This document shows, piece by piece, positions 11,071 through 21,094 of a stretch of 64,000 bases of DNA. Both the position numbers and the translations under genes were made by a program. Within the stretch, counting starts at the first letter, position 1, and every line of letters begins with the position of its first letter. Source of the DNA: an uncultured Verrucomicrobiae bacterium (lineage in GTDB: Bacteria; Verrucomicrobiota; Verrucomicrobiia; Chthoniobacterales; UBA10450); NCBI GenBank assembly GCA_963815455.1, contig CAWFGO010000003.1, positions 192,001-256,000 of the forward strand, read 5' to 3'. Below the pieces are notes generated by a model. The model did not search any database. It saw only the letters and a list, made by a program, of their open reading frames with translations, and was not told where the DNA came from.

Positions 11071-12667
11071 TTACCGACCTAGTTTCCGCCGGACAAGATC
11101 GACAACGTCGTGAACTTCGGCGACGCGCAACAGATAGGCGCTGCCGAAAAACGTTGTCATGCCGAGCGCGATCGCAGCGAGCAGCGCGCATAGCTTCGTG
11201 ATGAAACGAAGATGCTCCCATGCATCGAGCCACCAGTGATTCGCCGCCCAACAAACCAACGCGAGCATCGCGCCGGCCAGACAAATTTTCCCGAGACCAA
11301 CCAGCAACTGGCGCGTTTCGAGTCTGCGGGTATGGCGTCGCATTAGTGCGTAGAGCAGGAGAAAATTGATCGTGGCAACGAGGCTGGTCGAAAAAGCCAG
11401 GCCGCGATGTCCCCAGCCAAGCCGAAATGTAAAAAGCCAGTTGAGAAAAAGATTCGTGCCGATCGCGAGAAAGCTCACAACCATTGGCGTGTTGCGCTGG
11501 CCAATCGCGTAAAACGCCGGCGTCAGCACTTTCAGGACGGCGTAGGAAACAAGCCCGATCGCGTAGAATTGCAGCGCGCCCGCAGTCTGGCGCGTCATTT
11601 CGGCGGTGAATCGTCCGTGCTCGTAAATCACGCTGATAATCGGCGATGCCAGCATGGCGAGCCCGATGGCCGACGGAATCGTGAGCAGAAATGCGAGCCG
11701 CATTCCGCGGGCCAGGATCGCGCGGAACTCATCCACGTTTCCAACAGCCGCGCTTTTTGATACCAGCGGCAGCGTAACGGTGCCGATGGCAACGCCGAAA
11801 ATTCCCAGCGGCAATTGCATCAGCCGAAACGCAATGTTGAGCCAGCTAACGGGGCCATTGCCGAGGCTCGCCGCAAATCCGCTATTAACGAGCACATTGA
11901 CCTGCACCGCGCTGGCGGCAATGACAGCGGGCGCCATTAGCGTCAGCACGGTGCGCACACCTTCGTCGCGCCAGTGGAAATCGGCGCGATATTTGTAGCC
12001 GACGCGCCGAAGCGAAGGGAATTGCGCCGTCAATTGCCAGGCGCCGCCGATCAGTGTTCCGATCGCCAGTCCTGTTAGGGAGCGCGGGCCGAAATGCGGA
12101 TCGAGCCACCAGCCGATTCCCACGCCACCGATGATCGAGCCAAGATTGAAATAACTCGACGCCATGGCCGGCGGCCCGAAGACATGTCTTGGCATTGAGC
12201 ATTCCCATCACCAGCGCGGCCAGCGACACCAGCAGCATGAACGGCCACATGATTCGGGTGAGCGAAATCGTGAGCGCGGTTTTATCAGGCGACCAATTCC
12301 CCCAAGTCAGAAGATCGACAAGTTGGGGCGCGAAGACGATGCCGAGCACCGTCACCGCGCTCATGAAAATAGCGGTGAGCGTCGCGACCTTGTTGGCGAG
12401 TCGCCACGCCGCATCGTCCCCATCGACAGCGATCTTCTGCGAAAACGTTGTGATGAACGCGGTGGAGAGCGCGCCCTCAGCGAACAAATCGCGCAACAGA
12501 TTCGGCAACCGAAACGCCATCAAAAACGCATCGAGATTTCTGCCCGCGCCAAAAAGCCCGGCAAACACCTGTTCCCGAATGAGCCCAAGCACCCGGCTGC
12601 AAAGAATGGCGATCCCGACCAGACCGGTCGCGCGCGTGCTAATTCGTTGAGTTTCTGCCGCTGCCAT
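11071..12667 (-). CDS. murJ: lipid II flippase MurJ (frameshifted)
   Basis: SRVLGLIRE..A.LFGA, AFRLPNLLRDLFAEGALSTAF, AFRLMQLPLGIFGVAI. Confidence 0.93.
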
Positions 12668-12766
12668 CCGGCGAACAAAGAACAACGTCTCAGGATTTGC
12701 GAAAGTAGAAACTTCCCGCCGCGGCAATGGCGCTTGGGCCCGGCGTCAGCGCGCCGGTATGCGCAT

Positions 12767-13621
12767 TTACAGTCGCTCGATCTTGTAACCGCGCGATTTT
12801 AGCAAAGCGAGGAGTCCACTGGAGCCGCCCATGTGTGCCGCGCCCACGACCACAAAATAAGTCTGGCCGCTGCGCAGGTACCCTTCAATCTTCGGCACCC
12901 ATCTGCGATTGCGTTGGTCGAGCAATCGCGCGGCCATCGCCGGGAAATCGCGGAAGGAATCGCGCGTCATTCGGGCGATGCTTTCCTCATCCCCGTGGCG
13001 CCAAAGGTCGACGATATTCGCTCCGCGTGGATTATCGCGCGCCGCGTTAATGAACAGAGTCAGGAGCAGCGCCTCGCTCTCGCGATCGTTTAAACCGGAA
13101 AATACCTCATTGTGTTCGCTGGGTGACTCCAAGCCCGATATCCGCTTCGAATTTGCCCGGGCGCGTCCTTCGAGAAATGCTTCCACGCCGAGCCTCGAAT
13201 ATTCTGGCGGCGGCGAGGAGAGAATCAGATCGATAAGCCATGGTCGAAATGAGCTGAACTTTTCTTCCGGGACCTTCAGTAGGGCAAAAAAACGCCGCAA
13301 ATAGTTGTAGGTGCGAGGATCGACGTGATTCTTAAGGCTATCCCCTTTCGGGTATTTCCCGGCCTTTAAAAGACTGCGAAATGCGCTCTCCCCGGCTTTA
13401 GGATCCTCTTCAAAAACAAGCCGGGAACAAACATCGAATGCGCGATTGAACTCCGGCGGCAGCGGATAATCAGCGGGGCTTAAGGCGTGAAAGGAGCCTC
13501 CCAGATACAACGTGTGTCCATCGGCGGCGGTAACTTTCCAAACACAGCTCTTGGCAAAGGCGCTCGATTGGCTGATAAATGCAGCCGCAATTGCCCAAAC
13601 AAAAATGACCCTCAAAAACAT
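12767..13621 (-). CDS. TraB/GumN family protein
   Basis: signal; WKV...LYLGGSFH, GVE, GLES, LLDQRNRRW, FVVVGAAHMGG..GLL.LL...GY. Confidence 0.85.
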   Translation of the reverse strand: MFLRVIFVWAIAAAFISQSSAFAKSCVWKVTAADGHTLYLGGSFHALSPADYPLPPEFNRAFDVCSRLVFEEDPKAGESAFRSLLKAGKYPKGDSLKNHVDPRTYNYLRRFFALLKVPEEKFSSFRPWLIDLILSSPPPEYSRLGVEAFLEGRARANSKRISGLESPSEHNEVFSGLNDRESEALLLTLFINAARDNPRGANIVDLWRHGDEESIARMTRDSFRDFPAMAARLLDQRNRRWVPKIEGYLRSGQTYFVVVGAAHMGGSSGLLALLKSRGYKIERL

Positions 13622-13697
13622 GTTTCCAGTTGTTAGCAGCATGGACGGTCCTGGACAAGCGATACCACGTGGTGCACAAGCCTTTTCCGGCCGGCCG

Positions 13698-14816
13698 ATG
13701 AAATCCATATCGCGGCTCGCTCTAATCGCCGCCGTTTCGGCCTATAGCCTCGCGATCGGCGAGGTTCGCGCCGAGGACCCATCAATCGATCGGCTGCTGA
13801 ACAAGCTTCCGCCGCCGGAAAAGATCGCCAAGCCTCAGCTTCAGCAGGCGGTCTTAAACAACGACCCGGCTGACAAAGACCCGCTGGTTAAGCAAGTTGT
13901 TGCCGCCGCATTACGGGGAAATTTGTCGGAGGCGATGAACCTGTCCCGGAAGCTGACCGCCCGATATCCGCGGAGCGCGGGGGCTCAATGTTTGCGAGGG
14001 TTCGTTGCCCTGGGTGTTCGTCAGTTTGGTGAAGCGTCGTCGTGTCTTAAGAGCGCGGTAGGGCTTCAGCCAAAATTCGCCTTTGCCCATTTCGGTCTGG
14101 CCCTTGTCGAAGGAACCCAGCGCCATTACGCGGCCGCCATGCCTCATCTGCAGCGAGTCGTGGAACTCGAACCCAAAGCAGCCATCGCCTACTACGCGCT
14201 CAGCGATTGCGCGCTTGAGATTGGGCGCAAACAACAAAGCGTCGAATACGCGCGCAAGGCAACCGGGATCGAACCGTCTAACGCTAACATGTGGCTTCAA
14301 CTGGCCCGGGCGGAAAAAGCGGTCGGCAATACGGATGCGACATTAAGGGCGATGTCAAAAGCCGCCGACCTGGTCCCGGACGACGCGCCGATGCTGGCGG
14401 CGATCGGTTTCAGTTACATCAATATCAACCAAATATCGCAAGCGATTCCGCCGCTACAGCGGGCCGCCAGGCGTATGCCGCGAGATTACCTCGTCCAGGC
14501 TCAGTTGGGATTTTGTTTGCAGGCCACCGGCCAGATCGATTCGGGTATTAACTACCTTCGCAAAGGCGCGAGCTTGAATTCAAGTTACGGCCCGGTGTGG
14601 GAACACCTCGGACTTGCCTATCGAAAAAAGGGCGACCACAAACAGTCGGTAAAAGCTTTTGAAAAAGCGACCCAGCTCATGCCCAATTCCTCTCTCCCAT
14701 GGCAGCACGTAGCCGAAGAATATCGCGCCTTGGGACGAACCGCGGATGCCGAGCGAGCTGCGGCACGCGCACGGCAAATAGGCGGCGGGTCCAAGCCCGG
14801 AAAAAAGAAAACCTGA
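13698..14816 (+). CDS. exported tetratricopeptide repeat protein
   Basis: signal peptide from ATG 13698; multiple TPR-like helical repeats. Confidence 0.8.
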   Translation: MKSISRLALIAAVSAYSLAIGEVRAEDPSIDRLLNKLPPPEKIAKPQLQQAVLNNDPADKDPLVKQVVAAALRGNLSEAMNLSRKLTARYPRSAGAQCLRGFVALGVRQFGEASSCLKSAVGLQPKFAFAHFGLALVEGTQRHYAAAMPHLQRVVELEPKAAIAYYALSDCALEIGRKQQSVEYARKATGIEPSNANMWLQLARAEKAVGNTDATLRAMSKAADLVPDDAPMLAAIGFSYININQISQAIPPLQRAARRMPRDYLVQAQLGFCLQATGQIDSGINYLRKGASLNSSYGPVWEHLGLAYRKKGDHKQSVKAFEKATQLMPNSSLPWQHVAEEYRALGRTADAERAAARARQIGGGSKPGKKKT

Positions 14817-14822
14817 CGCTCG

Positions 14823-15605
14823 TCACAAACCGGTTGGGAAATCGAGAAAATCCCACGGAAACTTGAACCGATCGGATAAATGCGCGGCGAGGGCTTTGAC
14901 GCCGAAGGTTTCGGTGGCGTAATGGCCGGCCAGGAGAAGATTCATTCCCAGTTCCTCGGCCGCAATCGCCGCCCAATGGGGCGCTTCACCGGTGATGAAT
15001 GTGTCGATCTTTTCCCCGGCGACTCTGTAAATTTCCGAGCCGGCGCCGCCGGTGATGATTCCGATCGCGCTCGTTTTCTTCGGGCCGAAGTTGAACGCCT
15101 TGACCGGACCGCCCACTGCGTTGCGCAATTTACGAACAAGATCGTCGCGCGACAGCGACGTGCGCGCTCTTAACCCGACGGGTTGTCCTTTCTCTTCGAG
15201 AAATGGCGTTGTCGATCGTATTCCTATCGCGGCGGCGAGTCGCGCGTTGTTGCCAATTTGGGAATGCACGTCGAGCGGCAGATGCGCGCTGTAGAGGGCG
15301 ATGTTGTTTTCAAATGCGATTCGCAGCTGGCGATGCAGCGCGCCCGTCACCGATTGCAAGCCGGGCCAAAACAAGCCGTGATGCACAATAACGAGATCGG
15401 CACCTTTCCTCGCGGCCGCGGTCAGGACACGAGTCGATACATCCACCGCCGCCGCGATTCTTGTGACACGGCCGGAGTTCTCGATCTGAAGCCCATTCAG
15501 AGCATTTGGCCAATCCCCGATCTCGCGGATGCGCAGATAATCGTCGGCATATCCAACCACTTCGGTGAGAGAATTGACGCGCTTTACTTTTTTCGAAGCG
15601 TCCAT
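14823..15605 (-). CDS. Nif3-like dinuclear metal centre protein (YbgI/DUF34)
   Basis: NGLQ, AVD, VHHGLFW, HLPLD.H..GNN, ITGE, GHYATETFG. Confidence 0.9.
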   Translation of the reverse strand: MDASKKVKRVNSLTEVVGYADDYLRIREIGDWPNALNGLQIENSGRVTRIAAAVDVSTRVLTAAARKGADLVIVHHGLFWPGLQSVTGALHRQLRIAFENNIALYSAHLPLDVHSQIGNNARLAAAIGIRSTTPFLEEKGQPVGLRARTSLSRDDLVRKLRNAVGGPVKAFNFGPKKTSAIGIITGGAGSEIYRVAGEKIDTFITGEAPHWAAIAAEELGMNLLLAGHYATETFGVKALAAHLSDRFKFPWDFLDFPTGL

Positions 15606-16513
15606 GGGCGAAAATAATCGAGCAGAATCAGGCGACCCGGAAGCGCGTCGTTCTGATATTCGCGGAGGAGACGCGGAAAATCGGTGAGCAGACCAAAATG
15701 AAATCCGGCACTGAGCGGCCGGAAAAAATCGTCCTGGTGACTTGGGAAAACGTAACGCGGCTGCAACCGCCGGACGCTCGCCGAAAATCGCGCGCGTGAA
15801 TCGGGAAGCGCAACGCCCAGGATGGCAAGATCGACAGGCGCAATATTCGCCGGCGGCAAGATGGCGGGCGTTCCGCCCGAATCGATGTAGATCCGCAGCC
15901 CGTGAATCTCGATGAGATAGGCGAGCGGTTCGCCACAAACCCAATCCGCGGCTCGTCGCGGCGGACCCGTGCCGTGCGCTTCGCCGGGAAACGGCACATT
16001 GGAAAAGAGCCGATCGTGTGTCGCGGCCAGGGCTCGAATTTTCCATGGACCGATTCGTCGGACGCTGCCCGCGGTCATAGCGTCACAACGCGACGCGGAC
16101 GCGCCGGCCCGCTCGGCAAGTTCCACCGCAGTCCGCGATCCGATCAGACGCGCACCGGTTTTCCGCATAACGACCGGAACGTCGAGCAAATGGTCCACGT
16201 GTCCATGCGTCACCAAAATCGCGTCCGCTCTGGGCGCGAGATGTTTCATTCCCTCATCGATGCGGGCCGTGTCCGGCTGGATCGTCGCGCCAAACGCCAT
16301 TCGCGAAAAATTGATCCGGGAAAAATAGGGATCGACAAGGAGAACATGATTTCCCGACTGGAACTGGAATCCGTTCGTCCCCAGATAAGTTACGCGCACT
16401 CCGTGGCGAGGCGTTTTCGATGAAGCATCGGCGACGACGAGCTGCGAATAGCGTTCGGGACCAGCCCAAAGCGTCTGGGTCGAGAGGGCAAGAAATAGGA
16501 GGGCGTATTTCAT
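15584..16513 (-). CDS. MBL-fold metallo-hydrolase, exported
   Basis: LVDPYFSR, THGHVDH metal-binding motif, PSHQDDF. Confidence 0.85.
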   Translation of the reverse strand: MKYALLFLALSTQTLWAGPERYSQLVVADASSKTPRHGVRVTYLGTNGFQFQSGNHVLLVDPYFSRINFSRMAFGATIQPDTARIDEGMKHLAPRADAILVTHGHVDHLLDVPVVMRKTGARLIGSRTAVELAERAGASASRCDAMTAGSVRRIGPWKIRALAATHDRLFSNVPFPGEAHGTGPPRRAADWVCGEPLAYLIEIHGLRIYIDSGGTPAILPPANIAPVDLAILGVALPDSRARFSASVRRLQPRYVFPSHQDDFFRPLSAGFHFGLLTDFPRLLREYQNDALPGRLILLDYFRPWTLRKK

Positions 16514-16675
16514 CAGTTAGATGTAATCCCGTCATTTAGCGTGAATCGCTGTCCAATTGGAAGCTCGAAGGATGTTGTAGCCGCGGGCGCTGACCGCGGC
16601 TTTCGGGAGATCAGAAGGTTCGATGCACGCGGGGAACCTACCGGGTGAACCAAAGAAAAGCGGGACAACGTGCTT

Positions 16676-17443
16676 GTCATCCTGAGGCCGTTGCGGCCGA
16701 AGGACCCCGCGACAAACAGCTTGTCTCGGCACGTTCGATAGATGGTTGCTGCTCCGAGGACGCTATGAACGCTTGCGTCATCTTCGGTGAACTGCGAGGT
16801 CCTTCGCTCCGCTCAGGATGACAGAGTTGAAGTGCGCGGGCGCTTTGAGCGAACGAACGAAAAAAGCCCCACAACGTGCTTGTCATCCTGAGGCCGCTGC
16901 GGCCGAAGGACCCCGCGATAAACAGCTTGTCTCCGCACGTTCGATAGATGGTTGCTGCCCCGAAGACACTGTGAACGCTTGCGTCATCTTCGGTGAACTG
17001 CGAGGTCCTTCGCTCCGCTCAGGATGACAGAGTTGAAGTGCGCGGGCGCTTTGAGCGAACGAACGAAAAAAGCCCCCACAACGTGCTTGTCATCCTGAGG
17101 CCGTTGCGGCCGAAGGACCCCGCGATAAACAGCTTGTCGCCGCACGTTCGATAGATGGTTGCTGCCCCGAAGACACTGTGAACGCTTGCGTCATCTTCGG
17201 TGAACTGCGAGGTCCTTCGCTCGGCTCAGGATGACAGAGTTGAAGTGCGCGGGGACCTTTAGCGCGCGAACAAACAAATGTCCCCACAACGTGCTTGTCA
17301 TCCTGAGGCCGTTGCGGCCGAAGGGCCCCGCGATAAACAGCTTGTCTCGGCACGTTCGATAGATGGTTGCTGCCCCGAGGACGCTGTGAACGCTTGCGTG
17401 ATATTCGCCGAACTGCGAGGTCCTTCGCTCGGCTCAGGATGAC
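16676..17443. repeat. tandem array of four 147 bp palindromic elements (period 206-208 bp)
   Basis: units 16676-16822, 16882-17028, 17089-17235, 17297-17443, each GTCATCCTGAG...CTCAGGATGAC, separated by mutually similar ~60 bp linkers. Confidence 0.95.
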
Positions 17444-17508
17444 AGACCGTAGACGCCGAGTTTGCTTGACGAATTCCGCCCATCTGGTGACCTTCCATTG
17501 TCGATCCA

Positions 17509-17916
17509 ATGGAAATCGAATACACGGACGCCCCGACACAATCGCAAACGGTCAGCACCGACGCGATGCCGTGCCCGTATTGCGGCGCCATGTTGCCCAA
17601 GAACGCCGAGGCCTGCACCCACTGCGATTGGACGCGGGAAGCGACAACGCCGGCGGAACCGAAGGCAAGCGACGCCATGGCAATCTTGCTCAGCATTATT
17701 CCTGGACTCGGTCATATCTATAAGGGGCACAAATTGGCCGGCTTTTTGTGGATGCTCGGCGCGATCCCGGCCGGTATCTTCGTGTTTCTGGCCGCGATCG
17801 CTTCCGCGGGTTTCGGGGCCGGTCTCTTTTTCTTCTACCTTGCCGCGGTCATGCTGCATGCCTACGCGATTGAAGATCGCGTCGTGCCCAAGGAAGACGA
17901 GGGCGAGCAATATTGA
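17509..17916 (+). CDS. zinc-ribbon membrane protein
   Basis: CPYC..CTHC, then A.LLS.IPGLGHIY.G and hydrophobic helices. Confidence 0.75.
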   Translation: MEIEYTDAPTQSQTVSTDAMPCPYCGAMLPKNAEACTHCDWTREATTPAEPKASDAMAILLSIIPGLGHIYKGHKLAGFLWMLGAIPAGIFVFLAAIASAGFGAGLFFFYLAAVMLHAYAIEDRVVPKEDEGEQY

Positions 17917-17968
17917 AACGTTAGTTTGCTGAGACGTTGTCGGGGCAGTCGTCGGCACCGTCGAAGAA

Positions 17969-18868
17969 CTAATCCACCCGCGCAAGCGTTGCGTTCAGGC
18001 TGTCGCGAAATGCCACCGGCACAGTGCTATCCTTTTGGGCGGCGATTTTTGCCGCCAAATGCGCGAGCACATTTCCCTGGGCGCGCACACTTGCATAAAC
18101 TTTGGGATCGATCGAGGGCGCGCTCCAAAGCGCCTTGTTTTCGGCAACGAGCTCATTGAACCATTTCTCGAAACCGGAGGCGTCGAAATCAGCGCGACTG
18201 ACAAGCGAAAGCAGGGCGTCCGCCATTCGCGCGTCTTCTCCCCAAGTGAAAACCAGACCGGCTGTGTGCGCGCGCTGAGAAATGGCGCGGACAATTTGAT
18301 TTTGCTGCGCCGCCGAAAGGTTTTCGTTTCGGGCAAGAAATTTGAATAAGTCCGCAACGTGAGCAGTGGCGTGAGCCCAGCCTTTTTCGGGAACATAACC
18401 ACGCAGGTCTTTTTCCTCGGCGTAACAGCGAACCGCCGTTTCCAATGTTTCCTTGAACGCATCCTGAGACATGAACGGCTTGGCCAGGTCTTCCGCGGCC
18501 AGGATCGACATATAAAGCGCGGAAAACGATCGGCCAAATATCGCGTCGTTATCCGATTCGGCAATGCCCGTGGTCATCGCGGACAACAACTTCTTGCGCA
18601 AAGCTTCCAGCTCGTTCCGACGAAGCCAATGCTCCCGATAAATCCATTTCGCGAGAATTTCATAGCCACAGCCATCGCGAACCGCCGGGTCTGTCGAGCT
18701 GGCCAAATCGGCAACTTCGAGCGCAAGCGCCCCGGCCGATTCGTTTTCGGGAACGGCGAACTTATTTTGGACAATCGATTTCCAATACGCGGCTGGCCGA
18801 GCCGGCTTGGCGAACGCAGACGAACAGGCAACAAGCGAGAGCACCAGCAAGATTTTCAGCGAAGGCAT
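17969..18868 (-). CDS. DUF2785-like protein
   Basis: DPAVRD, F.RSFSAL, EKDLRGYV..KGWAHA.AH.AD, GEDARMA. Confidence 0.75.
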   Translation of the reverse strand: MPSLKILLVLSLVACSSAFAKPARPAAYWKSIVQNKFAVPENESAGALALEVADLASSTDPAVRDGCGYEILAKWIYREHWLRRNELEALRKKLLSAMTTGIAESDNDAIFGRSFSALYMSILAAEDLAKPFMSQDAFKETLETAVRCYAEEKDLRGYVPEKGWAHATAHVADLFKFLARNENLSAAQQNQIVRAISQRAHTAGLVFTWGEDARMADALLSLVSRADFDASGFEKWFNELVAENKALWSAPSIDPKVYASVRAQGNVLAHLAAKIAAQKDSTVPVAFRDSLNATLARVD

Positions 18869-18912
18869 TGGCGAGAATAGATCGCCGCGGCGGAGACGCA
18901 AACTGCGCCACC

Positions 18913-18966
18913 TGTAGCCGCGTCGCTGTGCGACGCGCGCACGCGGCCCACCGGGCCGCGGCTACA
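18913..18966. repeat. GTAG-type REP doublet
   Basis: tgtagccgcgtcgc..gcgacgcg...cgcggccc..gggccgcggctaca. Confidence 0.75.
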
Positions 18967-20026
18967 GTCTGGAAACGGCCTGGTGGATTTCTTCCAGGAT
19001 TTCCCGCATTCCGTAGCGGAATTTCCATTTCGGATAATGCGCCTGGAATTTTCGCACATCGCTGATCCACCAGATGTGGTCGCCGATCCGATTGGTTTCT
19101 TCGTAACTCCAACCGAGTTTTTTCCCGCTGATCTCTTCGCACAAATCGATCGCTTCCAGCATCGAGCAATTGCTGTGGCGGCTCCCGCCAATGTTGTAAA
19201 CTTCGCCGGCCCGCGGCGCGCGAATGAACTCCGCGAACGCTTCCACCAGATCGAAGCTGTGGATGTTATCGCGCACCTGTTTGCCCTTATAACCGAAAAC
19301 GCGATAGGGCCGTCCGGTCACGGTGCAGATCATTAAATAAGAAAGAAACCCGTGCAGCTCGGTGCCGGCATGCGCCGGGCCGGTGAGACAGCCGCCGCGG
19401 AACGAGACGGTCGGCATCCCGAAATAGCGTCCATATTCCTGAACCAGAATGTCCGCCGCGGCTTTTGAGGCGCCAAAGAGTGAATGCTTTGTGCAATCGA
19501 TGCTCATGGTCTCGGAAATTCCCGGCTCATATTCATGGCCCGGTTCGATTTCCCAGCGCTTCTCCAGTTCGCGTAACGGCAGCCGATTCGGCGTGTCGCC
19601 GTAAACTTTATTGGTCGATGTAAAAACGAACGGCGCTTCCGGGCAGTAGGTCCTGGCCGCCTCGAGCAAGTTCAGTGTGCCATTGGCGTTGACCGTGAAA
19701 TCGGTCTGCGGATCGCGCGCCGCCCAATCGTGCGATGGTTGCGCCGCGGTGTGGACAACGGCGTCGATCTTGCCGCGGTGTTGCTTGAAAGGTTCCGCGA
19801 CGGCCGCCGCATCGCGGATGTCGATGTTGTGGTGCTCGTAGCTCCGAACGTTTTTCATCAACGCGTCGCGCGTCTTGTTGGTTGAAGCTTCCGCGCCGAA
19901 AAATTGCTCGCGCATGTCGTTGTCGATCCCAACAACGCGCGCGCCTTCCGTCGCGAAGTGTTTGACGGTCTCCGAACCGATTAACCCAGCCGAGCCGGTA
20001 ACGATGATGGTGCGGGGCGTGCTCAT
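18962..20026 (-). CDS. NAD-dependent epimerase/dehydratase (CDP-paratose 2-epimerase-like)
   Basis: [38 protein letters not shown]. Confidence 0.88.
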   Translation of the reverse strand: MSTPRTIIVTGSAGLIGSETVKHFATEGARVVGIDNDMREQFFGAEASTNKTRDALMKNVRSYEHHNIDIRDAAAVAEPFKQHRGKIDAVVHTAAQPSHDWAARDPQTDFTVNANGTLNLLEAARTYCPEAPFVFTSTNKVYGDTPNRLPLRELEKRWEIEPGHEYEPGISETMSIDCTKHSLFGASKAAADILVQEYGRYFGMPTVSFRGGCLTGPAHAGTELHGFLSYLMICTVTGRPYRVFGYKGKQVRDNIHSFDLVEAFAEFIRAPRAGEVYNIGGSRHSNCSMLEAIDLCEEISGKKLGWSYEETNRIGDHIWWISDVRKFQAHYPKWKFRYGMREILEEIHQAVSRL

Positions 20027-20066
20027 GGATTCTCAGAACGTAGCAAGCAAACCGCGTGCGCAATCT

Positions 20067-20160
20067 GTCATCCTGCCGGCCCGCCGTGGCGGGAGCGAAG
20101 CGAAGGATCTCGGGAGAGTTCTCGACCACACGAGAGATGTTTCGCTTCGCTCAACATGAC
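20067..20160. repeat. GTCATCCTGAG-family palindromic element carrying an 18 bp nested insert
   Basis: gtcatcctg[ccggcccgccgtggcggg]agcgaagcgaagga...ttcgcttcgctcaacatgac. Confidence 0.75.
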
Positions 20161-20214
20161 ACGCATTCTTGGCTGGCTTTGGACCTCGCAGATCGAATCG
20201 CCTTGGAAAGGCGA

Positions 20215-20907
20215 TCATTGCCCGAGAATCCACGTCACATCCCCTGCGCTCGGGTTTACCCGCGATGCCGGAAATTGCGCATCGCCTTCGAGCACGCGCT
20301 CGACCAGATCGGCGTGCTTGGCCGCGTTCACCAAAAAGCAAACGTGTCGCGCGTGATTGATGAGCGGGAAAGTGAAAGTCAGACGCCAGGTGTCGAACTT
20401 GGGAACAAAATTGGCCACTACCCGACGTGTCGTTTCCTCGAGCGCCGCCGTTCCCGGAAACAGCGAAGCGGTATGACCATCGTCGCCCAAGCCGAGCAAA
20501 ATGAGATCGTGCCGGTAAATTTGTTCGCCGCGCTGGGTGGCCAGAAGATCGAGTTGGTCCTGATATTCCTGGGCGGCAATCTGCGGATCGATTTCGCCCC
20601 GCATTCGCATGATCGATTTTTCGGGAACATTGGCCGGAACGAAGAGCGCTTCGCGGGCCATGCGATAATTGCTTTGCCCATCGTCCGGGGCAACGCAGCG
20701 TTCATCGCCGAATGTGACCAGGATTTTTTCCCACGGAAAATCGCGCGCCATTTTCGCAAGCTCGGCGTAGATCGGTCGCGGAGTGTTCCCGCCGGAAAGC
20801 GCGATGCGAAACTCGTTGCGCTCACCGATCGCCCGGTGAGCCTGTGCAATTACGAAATTCGCCGCGTCCTTTACGAAGTCTTTCGTGCGAATGATCTCGT
20901 GGCCCAT
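20215..20907 (-). CDS. pgl: 6-phosphogluconolactonase
   Basis: ALSGGNTP, GDERCV, SNY, LLGLGDDGHTASLFP. Confidence 0.93.
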   Translation of the reverse strand: MGHEIIRTKDFVKDAANFVIAQAHRAIGERNEFRIALSGGNTPRPIYAELAKMARDFPWEKILVTFGDERCVAPDDGQSNYRMAREALFVPANVPEKSIMRMRGEIDPQIAAQEYQDQLDLLATQRGEQIYRHDLILLGLGDDGHTASLFPGTAALEETTRRVVANFVPKFDTWRLTFTFPLINHARHVCFLVNAAKHADLVERVLEGDAQFPASRVNPSAGDVTWILGQ

Positions 20908-21042
20908 CGACCTGTAGATTCAGGTAAGGCGGATGTGTCGTCCAGTCCTTTGCTGGACTCCAGCACCTCGATCGCAACGACAGTGCCCACGATGCCAAAA
21001 CCGCAACGCGAGGATAAAGATTGCCCACTGGCTGATCCAATC

Positions 21043-21078
21043 AAAAAAAAGAAAGCACCGGTTTGGACCGGTGCTTTC
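21043..21078 (-). terminator. intrinsic terminator of the VPDSG-CTERM gene
   Basis: minus strand GAAAGCACCGGT-CCAA-ACCGGTGCTTTC followed by T8. Confidence 0.85.
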
Positions 21079-21094
21079 AAAGCAGTGGTGCTTA

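Noticed and set aside
14823..15605. Nif3-like gene as a second GTP cyclohydrolase of the pterin pathway
   Set aside because: That annotation of the DUF34 family is disputed, the gene is far from the cluster, and a canonical folE is present
16516..16522. Isolated GTTAGAT (and GTCTAAC at 60161) as integron sites
   Set aside because: No partner box or correctly placed ORF; 7-mers occur by chance
16676..17443. CRISPR array
   Set aside because: Repeats are 147 bp, linkers resemble each other rather than being unique spacers, and no cas gene is present
16532..17539. Short ORFs over the repeat array (also 24638-25063, 32596-32976, 47702-48074)
   Set aside because: Translations of palindromic repeats (CHPERSEG / VILS / LRMT patterns), not genes
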